A stretch of 28,139 nt of DNA. It comes from Acidimicrobiales bacterium (lineage in GTDB: Bacteria; Actinomycetota; Acidimicrobiia; Acidimicrobiales; CADCTF01). This document shows, piece after piece, positions 7,392 through 16,387 of the stretch. The translations under genes and the position numbers were made by a program. The number at the start of each line of letters is the position of its first letter. Positions within the stretch are counted from its first letter, which is position 1. The notes below the pieces were generated by a model. The model was not told where the DNA came from. It did not search any database and was given only the letters and a program-made list of their open reading frames with translations. The stretch covers positions 1 to 28,139 of the forward strand of contig JBPCMH010000223.1 of assembly GCA_051002495.1 (NCBI GenBank). Direction: 5' to 3'.

Positions 7392-8702
7392 GTGACGACA
7401 ACCGACCAGGATCTCCACGAAGACATCCACCCCGGCCGGCAGCAGCTTTCGCTGGTTCTGGCCATCGCCACCACCGTCCCTGGGATCGTGTTCCGGCTGG
7501 GTGGCATCCACGTCTCCGACCCGATCGACGCGCTGATCTACGGCATGTCGATCATCGGGGCGGCTTTCTTGTTGTCGTGGGCCGCTGAGGCCGCACAGCT
7601 CGACATCAGCGCGGGCTTGGCCATCGCCGTGCTCGCCTTCATAGCCGTCCTGCCTGAGTACGCCGTCGATCTGGTGTTCGCCATCAAGGGCGGCAACGCG
7701 GTCCAGGAGTTCGGAGCGGCGTGCCAAGCGCCTGGCGCGACCGGCGAGACTAACTGTGCGCTGGCCCTGGCCAACATGACCGGCGCCAACCGCTTGCTCA
7801 TCGGCGTCGGCTGGACGGCAGTCGTGTTCATGGCGTGGTGGCGCTACCGAGGGCGTGGCGTGAAGATGCACGGCATCAAGCTCAACCGAAGGCACTCCGT
7901 GGAGTTGTCGTTCCTTGCCATCGCCACGATGTACTCGCTGACGTTGCCATTGAAGAAGTCCATCACCCTCGTCGACGCGGCCATCCTCGTCGCGATTTTC
8001 ATCGCCTACACCATCCGGATCTCGCGAGCTCCGGCGGAGGAGCCGCACCTGGTCGGACCGGCACGCTGGATTGGATCGTTCTCGACAGCCGGGCGACGGG
8101 GCAGTGTGATCGGCCTCTTTTTCTTTGCCGCCACGGTCATCCTCCTGACCGCTGAGCACTTCGCCGAAGCCCTTGTAAACACCGGAGCCACGCTCGGCAT
8201 CAGCGAGTTCTTCCTGGTTCAGTGGCTGGCCCCGCTCGCATCCGAGGCCCCAGAACTGCTCGTGGCGCTGCTGTACGCCTATCGCCTCAACACCAACGCC
8301 GCCCTCGGCACCCTCGTATCGTCGAAGGTCAACCAATGGACGCTGTTGGTCGGCACCTTGCCCATCGCCTTCGCCATCGCGTCGGGCAGCACCAACGGGC
8401 TCCCACTCATCGCTCGACAGCGCGACGAAGTCCTCCTGACCGCGGCACAGTCGTTCTTCGCGGTGACAGTGCTGTTGAACTTGGAGATGTCGGTCAAGGA
8501 GGCCTGGGCGCTGTTCACCCTCTTCTGGGCGCAGTTCATCCTGGGCGCGGTGGTTCCGGCCGAGCACCACAACACCGAACTGGTGGCGTTTTCGATCATC
8601 TACGTCGTCATCGGGTTGGTCCTGCTTGCCCGACGCCTCGGTGTAGCCAAGACCCTGCTCAAAGATGGAATCCGAACGCCCTATTCGGAGATGGGCGCGT
8701 GA
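7392..8702 (+). CDS. CaCA-family (Na+/Ca2+ exchanger-like) cation antiporter
   Basis: About 10-11 hydrophobic segments and two alpha-repeat-like motifs (AVLPEYAV...NMTGAN and ASEAPE...LVSSKVNQWTL). Start set to GTG 7392. The stop overlaps the glpD start (GTGA). Confidence 0.8.
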   Translation: MTTTDQDLHEDIHPGRQQLSLVLAIATTVPGIVFRLGGIHVSDPIDALIYGMSIIGAAFLLSWAAEAAQLDISAGLAIAVLAFIAVLPEYAVDLVFAIKGGNAVQEFGAACQAPGATGETNCALALANMTGANRLLIGVGWTAVVFMAWWRYRGRGVKMHGIKLNRRHSVELSFLAIATMYSLTLPLKKSITLVDAAILVAIFIAYTIRISRAPAEEPHLVGPARWIGSFSTAGRRGSVIGLFFFAATVILLTAEHFAEALVNTGATLGISEFFLVQWLAPLASEAPELLVALLYAYRLNTNAALGTLVSSKVNQWTLLVGTLPIAFAIASGSTNGLPLIARQRDEVLLTAAQSFFAVTVLLNLEMSVKEAWALFTLFWAQFILGAVVPAEHHNTELVAFSIIYVVIGLVLLARRLGVAKTLLKDGIRTPYSEMGA

Positions 8703-10360
8703 GCCAGCCGGCCGCCCGCACCGCCTTCGACCGGGCGACATCGCTCAAGCGACTCGCAGCCGACCAGTACGACGTGCTCGTGATCGGCGGCGGCATCACC
8801 GGGGCGGGGGTGGCGCTCGACGCGGCCGCGCGCGGGTTGCGCACCGCCTTGGTCGAGAAGGACGACTTCGCATCAGGCACGTCGTCAAAGTCGTCGAAGT
8901 TGATCCACGGCGGGCTCCGGTACCTGCAACAGAAGGAGTACCGCCTGGTCTACGAGAACCTGGCCGAACGGCAGCGCCTTCTCGAGAACGCTCCGCACCT
9001 GGTGAGCCCATTGCCCTTCCTGATCCCGCTGTTCGGCAAGGATGGCGCGGTCAACAAGGCCGTGGCCAAGGCCTACCGCACCGCGCTGTGGCTCTACGAC
9101 CTCACCGGAGGCGTGCGGATCGGGCGCCGGCACTCTCGGGTGACGAAGGAGGAGGTGCTCGAACACTTCCCCACCCTTCGAACTGATCGCCTCGTGGCCG
9201 GGTTCCTCTACTGGGACGCCAGAGCCGACGACGCCAGGCTCACCCTCGCCGTGCTCCGCACCGCGGTGCTCGACCACGGCGCGGTCGCGGTCAACCACGC
9301 ACCAGTCACCGACCTGATCTCCGAGGACGACACCGTGACCGGCGCTCGCCTCGCCGACGGCACCCAAATCAGGGCTGCGGTGGTCGTCAATGCCACCGGC
9401 GTGTGGTCGGATGAGATTCGGGCGATGGCCGAAGGCTCCGACCCCGACTCGATCCGGCCAGCCAAGGGCGTGCACATCACCGTGCCGAGGGCGAAACTGC
9501 CGTGCGACATCGCGTGTGTCGTACCCGTCCCGAAGGATCGCCGGTCGATTTTCGTCGTGCCATGGGGCGACGAGGTCTATCTGGGCACAACCGACACCGA
9601 TTACGACGGACCGCTCGACGATCCCCGCTGCACCGAAGCCGACGTGCGGTACATCGTCGATGCCATCAACACCTTCATCACCGCACCCATCGAGGCCAGC
9701 GACGTCGTGGGCACCTGGGCCGGGCTGCGCCCCCTCGTGAAAGAGACCGACGACGTCCGCACCGCTGACCTGTCCCGTCGGCACAAGGTCATGGTCTCCG
9801 GGGGTCGGCTGGTCACCATCACCGGAGGCAAGCTCACGACCTACCGGAAGATGGCGGCCGACACCGTTGACACCGTCGTCGATCTGCTCCCTAACCGAGC
9901 CCCCAAGTCGGCCACCAAGAAGCTCCGTCTCGTCGGCGCTGTCGGCCATGAGGCACTCACGCGCGATGGCGCCGCCGCTCGGCTTGGGACCGATGCCGCA
10001 ACGCTCGACCACCTGGTCCATCGGTATGGCACCGAGGCTCGCGTGATCCTGGCCATGATCGAGGCCGATCCCGATCTGGGCCGACCCCTGGTCAACGGAC
10101 TCCCCTACTTGCGGGCCGAGGCCGTCTTTGCCGCCCGCTACGAGATGGCGATGACGGTCACCGACGTCTTGAGCCGGCGGACTCGCGGCATCCTGCTCGA
10201 CCGCGACGGTTGTGCCGCAGCGGCCGATGATGTTGCCCGGCTCCTCGCACCGGAGCTCGGCTGGACTGCCGATGAGGCCACCAACCAAGCCGCCGCGTTC
10301 CGCGCCGTGGCCGACGCCGAGCGTCAGACGGCGACCGAAGTCGACTTGGAGCTGACCTGA
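8699..10360 (+). CDS. glpD: FAD-dependent glycerol-3-phosphate dehydrogenase/oxidase
   Basis: DVLVIGGGITGAGVALDAAARG, DFASGTSSKSSKLIHGGLRYL, DDARL, VVNATGVWSD, AKGVHI, GTTDT, WAGLRPL and TITGGKLTTYRKMA. True start is GTG 8699, overlapping the antiporter TGA; the ORF-track start 8222 lies inside the antiporter. Confidence 0.92.
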   Translation: MSQPAARTAFDRATSLKRLAADQYDVLVIGGGITGAGVALDAAARGLRTALVEKDDFASGTSSKSSKLIHGGLRYLQQKEYRLVYENLAERQRLLENAPHLVSPLPFLIPLFGKDGAVNKAVAKAYRTALWLYDLTGGVRIGRRHSRVTKEEVLEHFPTLRTDRLVAGFLYWDARADDARLTLAVLRTAVLDHGAVAVNHAPVTDLISEDDTVTGARLADGTQIRAAVVVNATGVWSDEIRAMAEGSDPDSIRPAKGVHITVPRAKLPCDIACVVPVPKDRRSIFVVPWGDEVYLGTTDTDYDGPLDDPRCTEADVRYIVDAINTFITAPIEASDVVGTWAGLRPLVKETDDVRTADLSRRHKVMVSGGRLVTITGGKLTTYRKMAADTVDTVVDLLPNRAPKSATKKLRLVGAVGHEALTRDGAAARLGTDAATLDHLVHRYGTEARVILAMIEADPDLGRPLVNGLPYLRAEAVFAARYEMAMTVTDVLSRRTRGILLDRDGCAAAADDVARLLAPELGWTADEATNQAAAFRAVADAERQTATEVDLELT

Positions 10361-11862
10361 TGGGCGACGGGCGGCACGAGGGTCCGCCGCTGCCAACGCC
10401 GCGGCACGACGCGCCCACTCGCTTTGAACCGACCGATCTTCCCGCAGGCTTCGCCGATCGACTCGCTCAGGTTTGCCCCACGGTCACCACCGAGCCCGGC
10501 GACCTGGCCGAGGCCGGGCGCGACTGGTGGCCGCTGTCGATCAACTGGGCCGCGGGAGGCGAGCTGCCGGCGCGGCCGGGTGTCATCGCTCGGCCGAGTA
10601 CCACCGCTGAAGTCGCCGCCGTCGTTGGCCTGTGCAACAGCGAGCGGGTCCCGGTCACCGCAGCCGGTGGGCGGAGCGGCGTCTGTGGCTCTGCGGTGCC
10701 GGTGCACGGAGGGGTGTCGCTCGACACAACGGGCCTCGTCGGCATCGAGGCCGTTGACGACGACTCGCTGTTGCTGCAGGTGTGGTCGGGAACCTACGGA
10801 GATGACCTCGAGCGCGACCTGCGCGCCAACCACGGTGTGACGCTCGGGCATTGGCCGCAGTCGATGGCGCTGTCGACCGTCGGCGGTTGGCTGGCCTGCC
10901 GATCAGCCGGTCAGTACTCAAACCGCTACGGGAAGATCGAGGACATGGTGATGGGCCTCGAGGTGGTGCTGGCCGATGGTTCGGTGATCCGCACGGGAGG
11001 CCGCGGGCCACGATCCGCTTCCGGTCCTGACCTCAACCAACTATTCGTGGGCAGCGAAGGCACCCTGGGGGTGATCACCCGCTCCACGCTGCGGGTGCAC
11101 CCGCTGCCCGCGTCCGAACAACGGTCAGCGTGGTCGTTTTCGTCGTTCGCAGAAGGACTCGCGGCCTGTCGCCGAATGCTGCGTCGAGGCGCAACGCCGG
11201 CTGTCCAGCGCCTGTACGACCATCGAGAGTCAAAGCAAAATTTCGATATCGAAGACCGCCATGTACTCATCATCCTCGACGAGGGCGACCCGGCCATCGT
11301 CGATGCTACCATGTCCATCGCGGCTGAAGAGTGTCGAGATGGTCAGCGAGAGGACGACGCCCTGGTCGAGCGGTGGCTGGGGCATCGCAACGACGTCAGC
11401 GGGCTGGGGAGCGCCATTTCCCAAGGTCTCGTCGTCGACACGTGTGAGATCGCCGGGCCGTGGGCGATGTTGCCGGGGCTGTACGAGGCAGCCGTTGAGG
11501 CCGTGAAGGCGGTTCCGGGGGCGTGGACTGCCTCCGCGCACCAGTCTCACGCCTACCTTGACGGCGCCTGCCTCTACTTCACCTTCGCCGGCCAACGGGA
11601 GGACGACACCGACGGGCTCTACCGGGAGGCGTGGGACGCCATCACCAACGCCACCCTGGAGCGGGGAGGGGCTCTCAGCCACCACCACGGCATCGGGCTC
11701 AACCGGGCCCGGTTCATGCAGGAGGCCCTCGGCGACAGCTTCCACACGCTGGTCGCGATCAAGGCAGCACTCGACCCAAACGGGATACTGAACCCCGGCA
11801 AGCTTGGGCTGCCGACCCCGTTCGGCGACGGCGTTGTCTGGCTGGCCGGAGGCGCGGTCTGA
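10360..11862 (+). CDS. FAD-binding oxidoreductase, alkyldihydroxyacetonephosphate synthase (AGPS/ADPS)-like
   Basis: GGRSGVCG, LGHWPQS, STVGGWLACRSAGQYSNRYGKIEDMV, GSEGTLGVIT, SHAYLDGACLYFTF and SHHHGIG match the VAO/PCMH fold and ADPS-type motifs. TGATG coupling on both sides. Confidence 0.85.
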   Translation: MGDGRHEGPPLPTPRHDAPTRFEPTDLPAGFADRLAQVCPTVTTEPGDLAEAGRDWWPLSINWAAGGELPARPGVIARPSTTAEVAAVVGLCNSERVPVTAAGGRSGVCGSAVPVHGGVSLDTTGLVGIEAVDDDSLLLQVWSGTYGDDLERDLRANHGVTLGHWPQSMALSTVGGWLACRSAGQYSNRYGKIEDMVMGLEVVLADGSVIRTGGRGPRSASGPDLNQLFVGSEGTLGVITRSTLRVHPLPASEQRSAWSFSSFAEGLAACRRMLRRGATPAVQRLYDHRESKQNFDIEDRHVLIILDEGDPAIVDATMSIAAEECRDGQREDDALVERWLGHRNDVSGLGSAISQGLVVDTCEIAGPWAMLPGLYEAAVEAVKAVPGAWTASAHQSHAYLDGACLYFTFAGQREDDTDGLYREAWDAITNATLERGGALSHHHGIGLNRARFMQEALGDSFHTLVAIKAALDPNGILNPGKLGLPTPFGDGVVWLAGGAV

Positions 11863-13307
11863 TGAGCAGCGTTCTCGTCGTCGACGTCGGCACCAGCGGC
11901 GTCCGAGCCGCGGTTGTCCACGGGACGGGAGAAATCGGGGCCGTCCGCTACCGCGAGGTGTTGCCCGAGACACCCATGCCGAACTTCGTGCAGTTCGACG
12001 CCGGGCTGATGGCCCGAAGCGTGATGGAGGTGACCGCCGCGGCCATGGCCGACGCCGGGACGGTCGACGCGGTCGGTATCGCCAACCAGCGGGCATCAAC
12101 CATCGTCTGGGATCGCGCCACCGGCGAGCCCGTCGGCCCCGGCGTCGGATGGCAGGATCTGCGCACCGTCGGCACCTGCCTTGCCCTGCGCGACCAAGGC
12201 CACCGCGTGGCCCCAAACGCCTCAGCCACCAAGCTGTCGTTCCTCCTCGATATGGCCGACCCTGACCGGTCCCGCGACCTGTGCTTCGGGACCGTCGACA
12301 CCTGGGTTGCGTGGCATCTCTCCGGTGGGTCGCTGCACGTCATCGATGCAACCAACGCGGGCGTGACGGGCCTACTGCTCGGGGACGGCACCGACTGGAA
12401 CGACGAGATCCTCGCCGCGCTGAACATTCCTCGCTCGGTCCTGCCGACCATCGTCGACTCGAGCGGTGTCATCGGAGAAGCGACAGCCGTGAGCGGCTCA
12501 CCGCCGATCGCCGGAATCGCCGGCGATCAACAGGCGTCGCTCATCGGCCAGAGTTGCGTCGAACCCGGACAGGCCAAGATCACCTTTGGCACCGGCGGGA
12601 TGCTTGACATGTGCGGCGACGAGTCTCGACCGTCCTTCGACGTGCGCGGCGGTGGTGGCTGCTTCCCGATCATCGCTCGCCGCATTGACGGCCGGACCAC
12701 TTGGGGCGTCGAGGCAGTCATGCTCTCCGCCGGAACCGCCGTCGAGTGGCTCCGCGACGACCTCGGGCTCGTTCCTGATGCCGCCGCCACCGAGGAACTG
12801 GCCAACAGCATCGACAGCACCGGCGACGTGTGGTTCGTGCCCGCGCTCATGGGGCTGGGCACCCCCGATTGGGACTTCGGTGCGCGCGCCGCGCTGGTTG
12901 GGTTGACCCGTGGGACGGGTCGGGCCGAAATTGTGCGAGCCGTGCTCGAGGGAGTGGCCCACCGTGGAGCCGATCTGGCCGAGGCGGCCGAGACGGACGG
13001 GTCAACGACCATCGAACGACTACGCGTTGACGGCGGCATGGCGGCAAACGGCTTCTTTGTGCAAGCGCTGGCCAACGCCTGCCAGCGTCCGGTCGAGGTC
13101 TCCCCTGTGCTGGAGGCAACGACCCTCGGTGCGGCCTACCTCGCCGGGCTGGCCGTCGGCGTGTGGTCAGGCCTCGATGAGATCGCCGGGCTCTGGTCAC
13201 CGGCGGAGGTCGTCACGCCGACCAAGGCACCGTCACGGGAGCGCTGGAAGGCCGCCGTGGAACGCTCGAAGAACTGGGTGCCTGAGTTATCCAGCCTGGA
13301 CTTCTGA
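11862..13307 (+). CDS. FGGY-family carbohydrate kinase, glycerol-kinase-like
   Basis: VDVGTSGVRA, GIANQRASTIVWD, WQDLRT, AGDQQASLIG, KITFGTG, RVDGGMAAN and EATTLGAAYLAG. Start is ATG 11862 (TGATG overlap), not 11631. glpK symbol withheld because pocket residues differ. Confidence 0.88.
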   Translation: MSSVLVVDVGTSGVRAAVVHGTGEIGAVRYREVLPETPMPNFVQFDAGLMARSVMEVTAAAMADAGTVDAVGIANQRASTIVWDRATGEPVGPGVGWQDLRTVGTCLALRDQGHRVAPNASATKLSFLLDMADPDRSRDLCFGTVDTWVAWHLSGGSLHVIDATNAGVTGLLLGDGTDWNDEILAALNIPRSVLPTIVDSSGVIGEATAVSGSPPIAGIAGDQQASLIGQSCVEPGQAKITFGTGGMLDMCGDESRPSFDVRGGGGCFPIIARRIDGRTTWGVEAVMLSAGTAVEWLRDDLGLVPDAAATEELANSIDSTGDVWFVPALMGLGTPDWDFGARAALVGLTRGTGRAEIVRAVLEGVAHRGADLAEAAETDGSTTIERLRVDGGMAANGFFVQALANACQRPVEVSPVLEATTLGAAYLAGLAVGVWSGLDEIAGLWSPAEVVTPTKAPSRERWKAAVERSKNWVPELSSLDF

Positions 13308-13312
13308 ATCAA

Positions 13313-15466
13313 TCAGAACGATGACCGGGCTTCTCCAGCCGCGACCCGCTGCTCGAGCTCCTCTAGCAGCGCATCAACCTTGCCCCGTTCCTCATCGCCG
13401 AGTGGACGTGGTCCGAACCCGTCAGCCTCGATCGCCGAGCCGAGCGCTTCCAACCGTGGATCCGGCAGCACGCTGAACCGCAAGGCTCTGGCGTAGCGGG
13501 CTGGCGCCTCGGTCGGGCGTCGCTCGCGTCCCGCTTCTGCACCGAGCTCTTCGAGGCGATCCATGGCCACCACCCGCCAAGGGCGCGCCCGGCGTTCGCT
13601 CCTTCCGACGACGACGCGCCGCGTTCGGTCACCGATCAGGCCGGCCAGCAACAACCCACCGATCGCCGTCGCGATCAGGATCATGGTGGAGCGGGAAGGA
13701 AGACGACCACCGAGCCAGGTCGCCAGGCCGGAACCAGCACGGTCGGACACGTAGTCGCCAGCGAGCGGAACCTCCGCGGTGGGGTCGAATGCCTGCCACC
13801 CGACGCCGGGGAACAGCACCTCAGCCCAGGAATGCGCGTCTGACGCACGAACCTCGTAGAGGCCGGTGAAGGGGTTCCGTTCGCCCGGCGTGTAACCAAC
13901 CGCCAAGCGGGCGGGAATGCCGAGGGACCGCAACATCACCACCAGCGAGGAGGCAATCTGTTCGCAGAAGCCCTGCCTGTCCTCGAACAAATACTGCTCA
14001 ACGGCGTCGGCCCCACGGGGCAGCGGTGGGATGTCGAGGGTGTAGGTGGTGTTGACCGCCATCCACCGTTCGAGCGCCCTCACCTTGTCATAGGTGCTGG
14101 GCTCGCCCTGGGTGACATCCCGGGCCAGAGCCGCAACTCTGGCGGGCAGAGGCTCGGGCAGTTGCAGATACCGAGCCCGCAGCGACTGCCAATCCGGCGA
14201 GTCGGGAAGGAGGACCGCGTCAGAGCTGCGCAGCATGGGCTCATCAACCCGAAGCCGGCGGCTCGACACGGTGTAGACGGCGCCCTCGTTCAGCTCGACA
14301 CCGGTTCTGATCGTGCCATCGCTCATCTCGAAGACGGCGCGATCGGCGATGTAGAGCTGGTCAGCCACGTTGGCCGCGAAGATCACGTTTGGCCCGGCCC
14401 GCTCGATGTAGAAGGTCTGCACGAACGGTTCGCCCCGCTCCCGGATCTGCTGGGCGACGTCCTCGGGCGCGCCCCGGAGGCTGATCGGCGACTCGCTGCG
14501 ATTCACTTCGGGCTTGTCATCGGTCTGACGCCACGTCCGGCCGTCCCAACTGTCAAACGTCTGACCTCGCCAGAAGTCTGGTCGGGAGGCCTTGACCCGC
14601 ATAACGAGGGTGTTGTCCGGCCGGCCTCGGATCGATGTGTCGAGCTCGGTCGAGAACCCGAAATAGCCGAAGGATGCCCGGCCGCCCTGGTCCTCGCCGG
14701 GCCGGCCAGGGTCACTTTGGCCGAGCGACGAGTTGGAGAGCCCACCCGCTTGCGGGACGGCGAGTCGGCTACGCAGGCTGGCCGGAAACGTGACCGCCCG
14801 ACCGGGACCGGCCTGGGGCACGACCAGCATCACCAGCAAGCCGAGCGCCAACACGAGCGTTGCCGCGGCGACGATTGGCCCAATACCGCTCGCCTTGATT
14901 GGCGGAGGTGACGGTGCCCCGTCGCGCACCGAAAGCGCCGGCAGGTCACGGAGCTCGCTGCGATAGGCCAACGCCAGCGAAACCAGAGCTGCCACGGCCC
15001 ACACCGCGAGGTTGATACCCAAGCCGGTCGAGCGGGAGAGCACGCCAGCAACGCCGATGAGCACGAGGCTCGACACGAGGGAGAAGAGAAGATCGCGCCT
15101 GGCGGGAACATCCATGGAATGCAGCACCTGCACCCAGAGGAAGAGCTCTGCTAGCGGCACCTGCACGGCCAGAACCTCCGATGCGCTGAACACCCGCATC
15201 AGGAAACCGGCGAACGCGACAACCACACCGATCGCGAGGAACGCCTTCAGGACAAACCCTGGTCGGAATCGCGCCCAGTGCGAATAGGCGAACCCACCGG
15301 CGACGCCGGCGGTCGCACCGATCTGAAGCCCGATACCGCCGATCCCCTGGCCCACAACCGCGTGGATGGCTGCCAGCACAGCGATGAGCACTGCGACCCG
15401 GAACGGGATCGACTCCTCCGGGGTGGCCTTGGCGTTGACCTTCCGGATGCTGTCCATCGCGCTCAT
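13313..15466 (-). CDS. Membrane transglutaminase-like protein (TgpA/DUF3488 type)
   Basis: Multi-TM N-terminus, YWRG-like FWRGQTFD, and a Cys-His-Asp triad in GFCEQIAS...GIPARLAVGY...DAHSWAE...FDPT. Confidence 0.9.
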   Translation of the reverse strand: MSAMDSIRKVNAKATPEESIPFRVAVLIAVLAAIHAVVGQGIGGIGLQIGATAGVAGGFAYSHWARFRPGFVLKAFLAIGVVVAFAGFLMRVFSASEVLAVQVPLAELFLWVQVLHSMDVPARRDLLFSLVSSLVLIGVAGVLSRSTGLGINLAVWAVAALVSLALAYRSELRDLPALSVRDGAPSPPPIKASGIGPIVAAATLVLALGLLVMLVVPQAGPGRAVTFPASLRSRLAVPQAGGLSNSSLGQSDPGRPGEDQGGRASFGYFGFSTELDTSIRGRPDNTLVMRVKASRPDFWRGQTFDSWDGRTWRQTDDKPEVNRSESPISLRGAPEDVAQQIRERGEPFVQTFYIERAGPNVIFAANVADQLYIADRAVFEMSDGTIRTGVELNEGAVYTVSSRRLRVDEPMLRSSDAVLLPDSPDWQSLRARYLQLPEPLPARVAALARDVTQGEPSTYDKVRALERWMAVNTTYTLDIPPLPRGADAVEQYLFEDRQGFCEQIASSLVVMLRSLGIPARLAVGYTPGERNPFTGLYEVRASDAHSWAEVLFPGVGWQAFDPTAEVPLAGDYVSDRAGSGLATWLGGRLPSRSTMILIATAIGGLLLAGLIGDRTRRVVVGRSERRARPWRVVAMDRLEELGAEAGRERRPTEAPARYARALRFSVLPDPRLEALGSAIEADGFGPRPLGDEERGKVDALLEELEQRVAAGEARSSF

Positions 15467-15467
15467 G

Positions 15468-16385
15468 TCACCACGCCCCGACCACGATCACTTCGCCTGT
15501 GGCGAATCCATCTGGGACGGGCTGTGGGCCTGATCCGTGAGCACGGGCCAGACGCCGGCCCGCCTCGGTGGCGGTGGTGACGGGGCCGGCGACAGTGCCG
15601 GAGTGTTCCCGGGTGACGAGCACCACGCGGCGACCAGCGATGAGCGCGGCCCCGATCAGCCCCGCGGTCTTGCCGGCAGCACGTTCGGCCTGATCCACCG
15701 GACCGCTGAGGTCGGGAGTCACGACGAGCACGCGCTCAGGGTCTCGCTCAAGTTCCTTGATCATCGGCTCGCCGCGGCGGGCCGTGGCTGGCCAGTGCAT
15801 CAGCCGAACCGAGTCACCGGCACGGTATTCGCGGGCGCCCCTGACAGTGTCGCCATCTCCGGCTGACCGGGCAAGTGCGTCGCCATCTTCAGGGGCTGCA
15901 CCGTCTGCCTCGGGAACGTCGTACGGAAGCGGGGCGGGACCGACCTCGATCGCGGGCGTGAGCGGACGCTTCCACCGCCGCTTCCACCAGAAGACGCCAA
16001 GCGGCGCCCCGCACTCCGCAGCCAACCGCACCTCGGTCAGCACGCCTCGGCATTCCGGCACGAACGCCAGGCCGCCAACCGCGCCGCCCACCACGCTTGT
16101 CCATGGCCCCGGCGGGTCGACGACCCTGATCCGCATGGCGGGACCAGTCACGGTCACGATGAGTTCGGATGGTGAACCCGCCGTCGCGTCGTGAGGGCTT
16201 TGTAACTCGATGTCGGCGCGAATCATGGCCAGAGCGGGCATCACGACACCAGCAATCAGCAGACCGGCCGCCACCGACACAACCACGATGATCCATCCTG
16301 ACCCCGTCGTGCGGGCGATCCCCCACAACGCCAAGCTGACCGCGATCAGCGTGACCGCAGTCCGGCTCAGCCGGCCAGGGCGCAT
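15468..16385 (-). CDS. DUF58 domain-containing protein
   Basis: Two N-terminal TM segments and GAREYRAGDSVRLMHWPATARRG (REY-x2-GD...HW-x-ATAR, the DUF58 hallmark); sits between moxR and the transglutaminase. Confidence 0.88.
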   Translation of the reverse strand: MRPGRLSRTAVTLIAVSLALWGIARTTGSGWIIVVVSVAAGLLIAGVVMPALAMIRADIELQSPHDATAGSPSELIVTVTGPAMRIRVVDPPGPWTSVVGGAVGGLAFVPECRGVLTEVRLAAECGAPLGVFWWKRRWKRPLTPAIEVGPAPLPYDVPEADGAAPEDGDALARSAGDGDTVRGAREYRAGDSVRLMHWPATARRGEPMIKELERDPERVLVVTPDLSGPVDQAERAAGKTAGLIGAALIAGRRVVLVTREHSGTVAGPVTTATEAGRRLARAHGSGPQPVPDGFATGEVIVVGAW

Positions 16386-16387
16386 CG

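Noticed and set aside
8222-8698. ORF-track N-terminal extensions (glpD from 8222; also kinase from 11631, herA from 23663, methyltransferase from 1869, FkbM from 2752)
   Set aside because: Each overlaps a well-supported neighbour, and a coupled or promoter-proximal downstream start fits better.
7377-10396. Long minus-strand ORFs 7377..8741 and 8885..10396
   Set aside because: Antisense shadows of the antiporter and glpD; high GC3 codon bias removes stop codons from the opposite strand.
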